Assembly (NCBI GenBank): GCA_964641125.1
Contig: CAZXMO010000003.1
Span: 29,756 to 93,755, forward strand
Direction: 5' to 3'
Source of the DNA: an uncultured Spirochaetales bacterium
Lineage (GTDB): Bacteria; Spirochaetota; Spirochaetia; SPDA01; CAZSGZ01
DNA length: 64,000 nt
The translations under genes and the position numbers were made by a program. Positions within the stretch are counted from its first letter, which is position 1. Each line of letters opens with the position of its first letter. Positions 43,386-51,973 of this stretch are shown piece after piece. Under the pieces are notes generated by a model, which had not been told where the DNA came from, did not search any database, and saw only the letters and a list, made by a program, of their open reading frames with translations.

Positions 43386-44338
43386 AGCAAAACGAGCTCT
43401 TTGTCGTAGCCCTCGGAGGAAACGCCATCAAACAGGCACACCAAAGGGGAACCACCGAAGAGCAGTTTCAGAACATAGACGCCGCAGCGCGGCAGCTGAC
43501 CCGGCTGGTCCGGCTCGGATACGGATTGGCAGTAACCCACGGAAACGGCCCTCAGGCTGGCGCCCTTCTGATCCAGCAGGAGGAAAGCGAGGCACTCGTC
43601 CCGGCCCAGAGCTTAGCGGCATGCGGTGCTATGACCCAGGGGCAAATCGGCTGGATGCTCCAGAACCGTATCCGATTCCATCTCGCCTCGGCGGGAATCG
43701 AGCGTCCCTGCGCGAGCTTAGTTACACAGGTGGTAGTCGACGAGAACGACCCCGATTTCGAAAACCCCTCCAAACCGGTGGGGCCCTTCTACACCCGAGA
43801 GGAGGCCGCCGGTCTGGCCGAGTCCAAGGGATACACGGTACGGGAAGTCAAGCCGGGAGATGAAAAGGGTTGGCGGCGGGTGGTCCCCTCACCCTTGCCT
43901 GAGGAGATAGTCGAAGCGGATCTCATCCGGTCCCTGGTGTCCTCCGGGGTCATCGTCATCGCCTCCGGCGGAGGCGGCGTCCCGGTACGGCGGAGTGGGA
44001 ACGGCGATCTCTTCGGTATAGATGCCGTTATCGACAAGGACCGGGCGGGATTCCTCCTTGCCCGAACGATCGACGCCGACCGGTTCATCATCCTTACCGA
44101 TGTGGAGACGGTCTATCTCAACATAGACACCCCTGAACGAACCCCCCTGCGCTCCCTGACGGTTGATCAGGCCGCCGGTTATATGACCGAGGGTCACTTC
44201 CTCGAGGGGTCCATGGGACCGAAAGTCGAATCCTGCCTTGACTTTACCCGCGCCTGCGGGAGAGAATCGATCATCACCTCCCTCCACACTCTGGAGGAGG
44301 CGCTTGAGGGAAGGACAGGTACCCGTTTTCTTCCCTGA
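43382..44338 (+). CDS. arcC: Carbamate kinase
   Basis: VVALGGNA…THGNGPQAG…, 318 aa, typical ArcC pattern. ATGA overlap with the aminotransferase stop. Confidence 0.85.
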   Translation: MKQNELFVVALGGNAIKQAHQRGTTEEQFQNIDAAARQLTRLVRLGYGLAVTHGNGPQAGALLIQQEESEALVPAQSLAACGAMTQGQIGWMLQNRIRFHLASAGIERPCASLVTQVVVDENDPDFENPSKPVGPFYTREEAAGLAESKGYTVREVKPGDEKGWRRVVPSPLPEEIVEADLIRSLVSSGVIVIASGGGGVPVRRSGNGDLFGIDAVIDKDRAGFLLARTIDADRFIILTDVETVYLNIDTPERTPLRSLTVDQAAGYMTEGHFLEGSMGPKVESCLDFTRACGRESIITSLHTLEEALEGRTGTRFLP

Positions 44339-44361
44339 TCTCAATACAATCGGAAGGGGTT

Positions 44362-45153
44362 ATGGACAGTACTATTCGGATTCTCGAGCTCTCAATCGCG
44401 GAACAGAAAAGGGGCGGGAGCTGCGTTGTCGTCACCGTCGTCGAGACCGGCGGAGACTCGCCTGCAAAATCCGGATTCAAGCTTCTCGTGACATCGGGAG
44501 GGGAGCTTCACGGTACCGTGGGGGGCGGCGCTCTGGAGCACGCTGCAGTCGAGCATGCGAAGGAGCTCTTGAGCACAGCAAAAAGCGAGGTCGTCGATTA
44601 CGACCTGGCATCACTGAGAATGAAATGCGGCGGACGGGTTACCCTCTTCTACGAATACCTGTCTGCGGCGAAGCTGATCGTTCTGTTCGGCGGCGGTCAT
44701 GTCGCCGAATCCCTGGCGCCGATTCTCGAAACATCCGGCTTCAGCGCGGTCGTCTACGACCCCAGGGAAGAGATCGTAAAGAAACATCACACGAGAAACC
44801 GTACGGCTTTCCTCGGCGAATACGCCGATATCTCCGGCGTCTTTGAATATCTCGGTTCGGGATATTGCTTTATCGCGACCCACGGGCACGTCCATGACAC
44901 CGACGTTCTGAGGCAGGTCCTCCTGTCGGACAAACCGATGAGCTACATCGGAATGATCGGATCGAAGAACAAGATACGGACCGCCTTGAAAACTCTCGCC
45001 GACGAGGATATCATCATCCCCCCGTGTTTATACGCCCCCGTCGGGCTGAATATCGGGGGGGACACCGCCGGGGAGATAGCCGTTTCCATCGCCTCGGAAA
45101 TTCTCGCGGTGGCCTACGGAAAAGAGGCTCCCCATATGAGGGATACGCTGTAG
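44362..45153 (+). CDS. XdhC/CoxI-family molybdenum-cofactor insertion/sulfuration accessory protein
   Basis: N-terminal XdhC_CoxI pattern (…VVVTVVETGGDSPAKSG.K…G.L.GTVGGG.LE) plus a C-terminal Rossmann-like domain (LFGGGHVAE…). Confidence 0.75.
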   Translation: MDSTIRILELSIAEQKRGGSCVVVTVVETGGDSPAKSGFKLLVTSGGELHGTVGGGALEHAAVEHAKELLSTAKSEVVDYDLASLRMKCGGRVTLFYEYLSAAKLIVLFGGGHVAESLAPILETSGFSAVVYDPREEIVKKHHTRNRTAFLGEYADISGVFEYLGSGYCFIATHGHVHDTDVLRQVLLSDKPMSYIGMIGSKNKIRTALKTLADEDIIIPPCLYAPVGLNIGGDTAGEIAVSIASEILAVAYGKEAPHMRDTL

Positions 45154-45732
45154 TCAGCTCTTCCGTTCGGGATGCGCAGCGAACGTATCATCACCGTATC
45201 CCTTCGAGCGTGCCGCGAGGTAGATCTGCTCACCCTGCGCGAGGACGGTAAACAGCACCGCTTCGATAAAAGTCTTCAGGCCCTTGAACGGTGTTCCCCT
45301 GAAGCCTCCGCGCATGCGGACCGTATACCATACGACCCGAACCTTTTCTCCTACCGAGGCGAGAGAATTGAGGGCCACCGTAAAGGCGAATCCCAGGCCT
45401 CCCAGTCCCGCCCTCCGGAAGAGCAATTCGATCTTTCTCGCTGAGATCCGGCGTCTCAAGAATTCGATAAGGAGGAGAAAGACGAAAGCTTTCCCGGCAA
45501 AAACAAAACCGTCCGTAAGGGGTACTGCGGGTACCGCGAAACCGATAACGACCGGAGCGGCCACCACCAGCCAAAACCTCAAGGCGGTTATGCACCGGGG
45601 GAAGGTCGGTACGCTCGCAAAAAGAATGAGAACACCCCCTAAGGAAATGAGCGAGCCGATCCCGGTGAAAACCGCATTACTTACAAAGAGAAGGATCCAC
45701 ACTCCGGTACGGAATCTATCACCCGTTTTCAT
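45154..45732 (-). CDS. Short ECF/CbiQ-like transmembrane (T) component
   Basis: 192 aa polytopic protein with Arg-rich cytoplasmic loops (…RRRISARK…, …VRMRGGFRG…) resembling EcfT coupling helices. It overlaps the upstream membrane-protein gene by 14 nt. Confidence 0.5.
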   Translation of the reverse strand: MKTGDRFRTGVWILLFVSNAVFTGIGSLISLGGVLILFASVPTFPRCITALRFWLVVAAPVVIGFAVPAVPLTDGFVFAGKAFVFLLLIEFLRRRISARKIELLFRRAGLGGLGFAFTVALNSLASVGEKVRVVWYTVRMRGGFRGTPFKGLKTFIEAVLFTVLAQGEQIYLAARSKGYGDDTFAAHPERKS

Positions 45733-46345
45733 TTTGATTAAACCGCTCCTTGAGAGTTATCCCGATACCCCTCCCGGCGAGCCCCGCGGCCAAGCCCACC
45801 GCCGCCCGTATCAGAAAGAACAGACCGAGGATGATCAGGATTCTCTCCTCTCCGATACCGAAAAATTCCGACCCGGACCGGGCGGTAGCCGCCGCCACCT
45901 GAAGGACTCGCCTCCCATAGAGAAGGCGGAGCATGATAAACCGATGAAAGAGGTTCCAACTGACCGCCGATAATCCCGCAGCCATGAATTGGACCGGACG
46001 CAGGCGGTTCCGGGGCAGAAAACAGAGCTCCATGAGGACCCCCTGGATGAGGATCGCCAGGAAAGGACCAACCTTTACCCCGCCGAAGCTCAGCAGCTTG
46101 AGGAGCGCGGCTATGATGCTGATGAATAAAACGGTACCGCGGTTCTCCACGAGGACCTTACCGGCCAGAGCGAGGATAACCCCTATCGCCGAGAGAAGCA
46201 CACCGGTAAGGAAGGTGTCCGCTAAGGGTGGAAAAATCATGTGGAGGATCGAACCGAGGGTCAGCTCCACGCCCCCCCATACCGCACCGAGAAGCCCGAT
46301 GGTAATCCAGTTCCTCAAAGTCCAGTCCTTAAGAGTCCGGTTCAT
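45719..46345 (-). CDS. Integral membrane protein, candidate ECF substrate-capture (S) component
   Basis: 208 aa, 5-6 TM helices, no recognisable catalytic motif. It lies between the fused ECF-type ATPase and the T component. Confidence 0.4.
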   Translation of the reverse strand: MNRTLKDWTLRNWITIGLLGAVWGGVELTLGSILHMIFPPLADTFLTGVLLSAIGVILALAGKVLVENRGTVLFISIIAALLKLLSFGGVKVGPFLAILIQGVLMELCFLPRNRLRPVQFMAAGLSAVSWNLFHRFIMLRLLYGRRVLQVAAATARSGSEFFGIGEERILIILGLFFLIRAAVGLAAGLAGRGIGITLKERFNQNENG

Positions 46346-47784
46346 CAGTTCTCCCTCTCGGTAAATCGTGTCGAATAATCACCGGCGATGCGTCCCTTCT
46401 CCATACGGACTACACGATCGGCGTACCTGCAGACGAGCTTGTCGTCATGGGTAATGACGAGGACCGCCGCATCCTTTTCGACAAGGTCCCCGAGACAGGA
46501 AAAGACGGCCTCTATATGCGACCAGTCCGCTCCGAGAGCAGGCTCGTCCAGAATTATCAAGTCCGGTTCGGACGCGAGGAGGGCGGCCAAAATCGTCCTG
46601 TGCTGTTCTCCCATGCTGAGGCTTCGCGGAACCCGTGCGGTAAGATCCCTAAGATCGAGCTTGTCGATCAGATCCGTAACATCACCTCTTCCGCCTGTTC
46701 CGCCGTAGAAGGCGTTGCGGGTTTCTTCATCGACGCTCCCGCAGATAAGCTGATCCGATACGCACTGAAACATCATGACCCTGCGAAACCCTCGTGCGCA
46801 GCGCAGTGAACCCCGGGATTTGCGCTTGGCTCCGGCCAAGACCATGCCGAGGGTACTCTTGCCCGAGCCGTTGTCGCCGACAAGAGCCGTAATTTCACCG
46901 GGAAAAAGATCGATATCGATATCCTCGAGAATCCGTTTTCCTCCGTAACCGGCGCGGATTTTACGGGCCCGTACCACCGGTTCCCGTGCATCTCCCCCCC
47001 GGGACTGGGTATTACCTGCACCCCTTACGTCCGGCAGGCTAATCCTCACGTCCTCCCATTTCCAAGGATACCGGACCCCGCAGGTTTTGAGCGCATCCGC
47101 ATACGATCGGACTTCGCCGCCGGAGCAGGAGAGCACCTGTCTTCCGCCGGAGAGCAGAATAAAGCGGTCGCACCGGTCCATAAACGGTTCCGTGCGGTGA
47201 TCGAAAATGATAACGGTACACTCCTTGTCGAAACACTCGAGAACGCCGCGGAGCCTATCGATCCCCTCCTGGTCCAGATAGCCCGTCGGCTCGTCGAGGA
47301 TCAAAACTTCCGGCTCTGAAGCAAGAGCCGCCGCCAGACACACCCTCTTCCTTTCTCCCGCTGAAAGTGAGAAGACATCCCTGTCGATGCAGCCGGCGGC
47401 CCCGAAGGCTTTTAGTGCTTCCAGAACCTCAGCCCGGCCGGCGGAGGCCGACCGTAGACAGGAGTGCACTTCTTCATAGACGGTGGTATGAAACATCTGC
47501 AGGAAGGGGTTCTGGAATACGATACTCGTCGAACCTTCCGGGATCCGGAGCCTTCCCCTGGTCCGGGCCCCCCGTATCTCGCGGGTCAAACCCGCGAGAG
47601 AGAGGGCGAGGCTCGACTTTCCGGCTCCCGAGGGACCCGTAATCACATACCGCTTTCCTTCTCCGAATTCGGCGGATATGTCGGACAGCAGGGTTCGGCC
47701 TCCCACCTCCAGGGTGAAGCCCGAGAGCTCGGCTACTATCCTTTCGGTTCCGCCCGATAATGTTCTGTTACACAATCCTTGCAT
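46345..47784 (-). CDS. Fused double ABC ATPase (EcfA-A'/CbiO-like)
   Basis: Two Walker A motifs (GPSGAGKSS, GDNGSGKST), two signature motifs (LSAGERKR, LSMGEQHR) and two Walker B motifs (ILDEPT, ILDEPA). Confidence 0.8.
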   Translation of the reverse strand: MQGLCNRTLSGGTERIVAELSGFTLEVGGRTLLSDISAEFGEGKRYVITGPSGAGKSSLALSLAGLTREIRGARTRGRLRIPEGSTSIVFQNPFLQMFHTTVYEEVHSCLRSASAGRAEVLEALKAFGAAGCIDRDVFSLSAGERKRVCLAAALASEPEVLILDEPTGYLDQEGIDRLRGVLECFDKECTVIIFDHRTEPFMDRCDRFILLSGGRQVLSCSGGEVRSYADALKTCGVRYPWKWEDVRISLPDVRGAGNTQSRGGDAREPVVRARKIRAGYGGKRILEDIDIDLFPGEITALVGDNGSGKSTLGMVLAGAKRKSRGSLRCARGFRRVMMFQCVSDQLICGSVDEETRNAFYGGTGGRGDVTDLIDKLDLRDLTARVPRSLSMGEQHRTILAALLASEPDLIILDEPALGADWSHIEAVFSCLGDLVEKDAAVLVITHDDKLVCRYADRVVRMEKGRIAGDYSTRFTEREN

Positions 47785-48337
47785 GATAATCTTCGTCGGT
47801 ATCGATGTCGTAGAGGATGTTCACGTCATTCACCGGCACTCCGACCGACGGAAACTTCTCGAGCACTTTATCGAGACTCGATTCAGCAGGCTCGTTGAGA
47901 ATCGCTTTTCCGACCGTGTCATCGAGGAGTACCGGATGGCCGCTCTTCCCACGGTATTCGGGAAGGATCACCGGCGCCCGCTCCGCTCGAAGAAGCTCTG
48001 TATAAGTTTCAGGGGAAATATCGGGCATGTCGCCGGGAAGCACAAAAAAGCGCTTCGAGGTTACCGCCGCCGCGCCGGTGTAAACCGAGGTGAACATGCC
48101 CCGCCGGTAGTCGTCGTTCCTGCGGGTGATCACCTCCGGATGTTCGGCGAACAACGTCTCCATTTCATCCGCCCTGAAACCGGTTACCAGGATTACCCTG
48201 CGTACTACCGAAAGTGCACGGCTGACAGCTGTTTCGATGACCGTCGAGTTTCCGTAGGGAAGGACCATCTTCCAGCGTCCCATCCGCGAAGAGAGACCCG
48301 CCGCGAGGATAACGCAATCGCAGCCGGATCTACCCAT
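47768..48337 (-). CDS. MobA-like nucleotidyltransferase (MocA/YgfJ-type molybdenum cofactor cytidylyltransferase)
   Basis: CVILAAGLSSRMG…K at the N-terminus, 189 aa. The context includes XdhC and a Mo hydroxylase. Confidence 0.7.
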   Translation of the reverse strand: MGRSGCDCVILAAGLSSRMGRWKMVLPYGNSTVIETAVSRALSVVRRVILVTGFRADEMETLFAEHPEVITRRNDDYRRGMFTSVYTGAAAVTSKRFFVLPGDMPDISPETYTELLRAERAPVILPEYRGKSGHPVLLDDTVGKAILNEPAESSLDKVLEKFPSVGVPVNDVNILYDIDTDEDYHARIV

Positions 48338-49109
48338 TGGTGGTGATACCCCTGCCTCCGTCTACCGGTAAGACCGCCCCCGTTATCCACGAGCTCGCCT
48401 CATCGGCCAAGAACAGCGCCGCCTCCGCTATATCGGCGGGTCTGCCGTTCCTTTTCAGGGGATGGAGATTCCTGAAGCGTTCATATGCCTCTTCGGCCTG
48501 CTTAGGAGAAAACATCTCTCTGCCGAGCTCGGTATCCTCCACTAAGCCCGGAGCGAGACAGTTGACACGGATGTTGTGCTCCGCGGCCTCTAAGGCCATC
48601 ACTCCGGAGAGCATCTGCAGCGCCGCCTTGGAGGCGCAGTAGACCGCGCTTCCGGGAAAAGGCCGGTTCCCCGATATAGAGGAGATATTGATAACCGATC
48701 CTCCCCCCTTCTTCATGAGATCAAACACATGGGCGAAGAGTCTTAAAGGGCCGTAGGCGTTGACGCCCATGAGCAGATTCCACAGCTCCCTATCCGATTC
48801 GGCGATCGATTTGAAGAGCATGACTCCCGCCGCGTTGACGAGTATTTCGAGTCTTCCGAAACGGCCCTCGGCCTCAGCGGCGAGATGCGCGAGATCATCC
48901 TCCCGGGTCACATCGCAGGAAACGGCCAGGCAGTCCCCTCCTTGTGACCTGATCTTTCCGGCGACATCTTCCACCATTTCGATCCGCCTGCCGCATACGA
49001 TGAGGGAGGCGCCGGCCCGGGCGAATCGTTCGGCGATTGCCCGCCCTATTCCCGTTCCGCCGCCGGTAATGATAGCCGTCTTTCCCTCTAAACTCATAAA
49101 ATCGCCCAA
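48330..49109 (-). CDS. Short-chain dehydrogenase/reductase (SDR)
   Basis: TAIITGGGTGIGRAIA, NAAG and YCASKAAL motifs. The start may instead be ATG 49097. Confidence 0.8.
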   Translation of the reverse strand: MGDFMSLEGKTAIITGGGTGIGRAIAERFARAGASLIVCGRRIEMVEDVAGKIRSQGGDCLAVSCDVTREDDLAHLAAEAEGRFGRLEILVNAAGVMLFKSIAESDRELWNLLMGVNAYGPLRLFAHVFDLMKKGGGSVINISSISGNRPFPGSAVYCASKAALQMLSGVMALEAAEHNIRVNCLAPGLVEDTELGREMFSPKQAEEAYERFRNLHPLKRNGRPADIAEAALFLADEASSWITGAVLPVDGGRGITTNG

Positions 49110-50048
49110 TCAGAGAATCGTCGCGATCATGAGGGCCTTTATAGTATGCTTGCGGTTTTCCGCCTCGTCCCATGCCCTTGATTGAGGTCCGTCGATGACA
49201 TCGGCGGTAACCTCGTTGCCCTTGACCGCGGGAAGACAGTGCATGAAGACGGTCTCCGCCTTTCCGGTCTTCTTCATGAGCCCGCTATTGACTTGATAGG
49301 GTCCTAGGATCTTCCGGCGCTCCTCCATCTTGGCCTCTTCCCCCATGGAGGCCCATACGTCGGTGTAGATGACATCCGCACCTTCGACCGCCGTGTCCGG
49401 GTCCTCGACAATCTCGACGGCCGCCCCCGATTCGGAGGCGTATCCCCTGCAGCTCTCGACGATGTCCTCACGAGGAGCGAGGTCCTTGGGGCATGCCACT
49501 GTAAAATTGACTCCCATCTTGGCACACCCTATCATCAGACTGATTGCGACGTTGTTCCGCCCGTCTCCGACGAAGCAGAGATTGCGCCCCTCGAGTCCGC
49601 CGAAGCTCTCTTCCACCGTCATCAGGTCGGCCAAGGCTTGGGTGGGATGAAAATCATCGGTGAGTCCGTTGTAAACCGGGATACCGGAGTGCTCGGCTAA
49701 GGTTTCCACCATTTTCTGACTGAATCCCCTGAACTGGACGGCATCGAACATTCTTCCCAAAACTCGTGCGGTATCCTCGATCGATTCCTTGGCCCCGAGC
49801 TGGATATCGCCGGTGGACAGGAAGACCGGATGTCCCCCCTCCTCTCCGAAGGCGGTTTCGAAGGCGCAGCGGGTCCGGGTGGACCTTTTCTCGAAGATGA
49901 GGGCTAAGGTATAGCCCTGGAATCTCTGATAGCGCTTCTTCTTCAGCCGCTCCTCTTTCACACGAACCGCTATATCCAGGAGCTCCCGAATCTCCGCGGG
50001 GCTGTAATCCTTGAGGGTCAGTAACGATCTTCCTTTGAACGAGCTCAT
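49110..50048 (-). CDS. argF: Ornithine carbamoyltransferase (canonical)
   Basis: STRTR, HPTQ, GDGRNNVA, DVWASMG and HCLP are all present. 312 aa. Confidence 0.88.
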   Translation of the reverse strand: MSSFKGRSLLTLKDYSPAEIRELLDIAVRVKEERLKKKRYQRFQGYTLALIFEKRSTRTRCAFETAFGEEGGHPVFLSTGDIQLGAKESIEDTARVLGRMFDAVQFRGFSQKMVETLAEHSGIPVYNGLTDDFHPTQALADLMTVEESFGGLEGRNLCFVGDGRNNVAISLMIGCAKMGVNFTVACPKDLAPREDIVESCRGYASESGAAVEIVEDPDTAVEGADVIYTDVWASMGEEAKMEERRKILGPYQVNSGLMKKTGKAETVFMHCLPAVKGNEVTADVIDGPQSRAWDEAENRKHTIKALMIATIL

Positions 50049-50077
50049 GTTCTCTCCTTTCAGGCGGGGTTCATTTG

Positions 50078-50106
50078 TTTATAGGGGAATGATCGGCATG
50101 TGTCAA
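50078..50106 (-). promoter_or_regulatory. Candidate sigma70 promoter TTGACA-N17-TATAAA upstream of the OTC operon
   Basis: Perfect -35 (50101-50106), 17-nt spacer, -10 (50078-50083), followed by a GGAGA RBS and ATG 50048. Confidence 0.45.
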
Positions 50107-50123
50107 CATTTTGTTTTTATCCA

Positions 50124-50924
50124 TTATTTTTCGCCGGAGGATGAAAAATCTCGAGCGAGATTTATAAGCTCATCGAGAAACTCGTTCCGTTCTTTTCCGG
50201 TCGCATCCGGACGGAGAACTCCTAAATCAACCCGTATTACCTCACGGGCCGTATTGAGGCCGGTCCTCTTGCGGATGATCGAGCCGTCGACGAAGAGATC
50301 GATGTAGGATTTTCCGCTTTCGGTGATCGTCTCCGCATCGGCTCGAGCGGGAACATCGTCCTCTTCTCCCTCCCGGGCAAAGCGCTGGAACTCTCTCAGG
50401 CTCGAATGTTTGACCTTATCGAAAACTTCCTCCCGATGCTCGCCGTGGTTCGCGAGAGCCTTGTCGAGATAGACCAGCTTCTTGAGTCCGTCCTCTTCCC
50501 GAAAGGCGATATTTTCCAGATCCTCGGAATGCCGGATAAGCATCCCCCCGATCTTAGCGTATTCCTTAGCCGTCTTGTAGTTGACGGGAAGCCGCTCAAG
50601 CTCGAGATACTCGAGGAAGCTCTCCGCCCCGGCCTGGGTGTAGAGCCGCTTACGATCTATGTTAGCCAGCGCCTTGCATAATGCCGCTTTGGAAAGGGTA
50701 ATACCGTCGAGAGTCTCTCTTATCCCCTTTTCGATTTCGTATAGTTCTTCGGAATCGATATAATCGAGGGAAACCCTTGCCGGATCCTTCCCGGTAAGGG
50801 CGGAACGGACCGCCATGAGAGGGGAGTCCTTTCGCTTCAAGTCCGCTATACGACCGTTGAGCTCCTCGAGCCGCCTAACCACCGTGGAGGGGACTTTTCT
50901 CTTTTCTTCCCCGGATTCGTCCAT
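50124..50924 (-). CDS. Hypothetical protein (charged, helical; no motif recognised)
   Basis: 266-aa ORF with coding-like composition and no competing ORF. Function unknown. Confidence 0.5.
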   Translation of the reverse strand: MDESGEEKRKVPSTVVRRLEELNGRIADLKRKDSPLMAVRSALTGKDPARVSLDYIDSEELYEIEKGIRETLDGITLSKAALCKALANIDRKRLYTQAGAESFLEYLELERLPVNYKTAKEYAKIGGMLIRHSEDLENIAFREEDGLKKLVYLDKALANHGEHREEVFDKVKHSSLREFQRFAREGEEDDVPARADAETITESGKSYIDLFVDGSIIRKRTGLNTAREVIRVDLGVLRPDATGKERNEFLDELINLARDFSSSGEK

Positions 50925-50991
50925 GCACCTATTCTAATCGTTTCTAACCAACCGGGGCAAGGTGTGCGGGCGTCTCGAGACCGCGGACTTC

Positions 50992-51954
50992 TCAAAAAAC
51001 AAGGATTGCAATTACTAGGAAAACCGGAAGGGTCACCAGGCTCGCCGCGTAGGTATGGAACATACCGTTTCCTATGTGGAGCTCCTGCTCCCGGGTACCG
51101 TAGGCCCGGGCTACGATGAGGTTGTTCGTCGCCGGGGGCACCGCGGCTTGGAGTACGAAGACGATCTTTATCCCCGCCGCCATGGCCGGACGAAGACTAT
51201 CGAGGGGAAGAAAAAGGAGTGCGGTTAAGACTATAGCGGGATAGGCTATCATCTTGACGATTATGAACTTAACGAATTCTCGGGAAAAGAATATGCCCGC
51301 CTTCGGAATTGTCGCGAGTATTCCTCCCATCAAAACGAGAATGAGATTGATGGCGATGCCGCCGGTTACCGAAAACCCCTTTCTAACCATAACCGGCACG
51401 TAATCGTAGAGTCCGAAGGCGGCAATCAATACTCCCGCGGCAAGCCCGATCAGGGGCATATTGATCCGGAAACGGAAACCCTTCTCCGTGGAGCTCAACA
51501 ACGACACCGTCACTCCCCAGAATATGATATTGAAGGCGAAGAAGAAAAAGAACAGATACACGATGAGGGCGTCGGGTGCTATGGCCTCGATAATAGGGAG
51601 GGGAATGTAGCCGGAGTTCTGGACGGCGAAGAGGATGATCAGATCGTTGGGGCGCTCGCTGGGAATAAGTTTTCGTCTTCCGATCAGAGCCCTGCCCAAG
51701 AGGTACTGAAATCCGATCAGCACGAAGCAGGAGACGAAAAAAATCACCATCCAGCTCCATCCCCCGGCGACGGCCTCGTCCCATCCCCGGGAAAAGCTGT
51801 CTATAAAGTAGATCGGAAAGAGGATGTTCAAGTTGATCCAAATGAGACGGTCGAGGATCCTCCTTAAGGGACCGATCTGAAAAACGAGGAGACCTAATAT
51901 AATGAGTCCGAATACCTTCCCTACCGCGGGAAGCGCCTCGACGATTCCTCCCAT
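50992..51954 (-). CDS. AEC (auxin efflux carrier / Mem_trans) family permease
   Basis: 320 aa, ~10 TM helices, two-repeat architecture typical of the AEC family. Confidence 0.65.
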   Translation of the reverse strand: MGGIVEALPAVGKVFGLIILGLLVFQIGPLRRILDRLIWINLNILFPIYFIDSFSRGWDEAVAGGWSWMVIFFVSCFVLIGFQYLLGRALIGRRKLIPSERPNDLIILFAVQNSGYIPLPIIEAIAPDALIVYLFFFFFAFNIIFWGVTVSLLSSTEKGFRFRINMPLIGLAAGVLIAAFGLYDYVPVMVRKGFSVTGGIAINLILVLMGGILATIPKAGIFFSREFVKFIIVKMIAYPAIVLTALLFLPLDSLRPAMAAGIKIVFVLQAAVPPATNNLIVARAYGTREQELHIGNGMFHTYAASLVTLPVFLVIAILVF

Positions 51955-51973
51955 ATATCAGATACGCCGGTCT

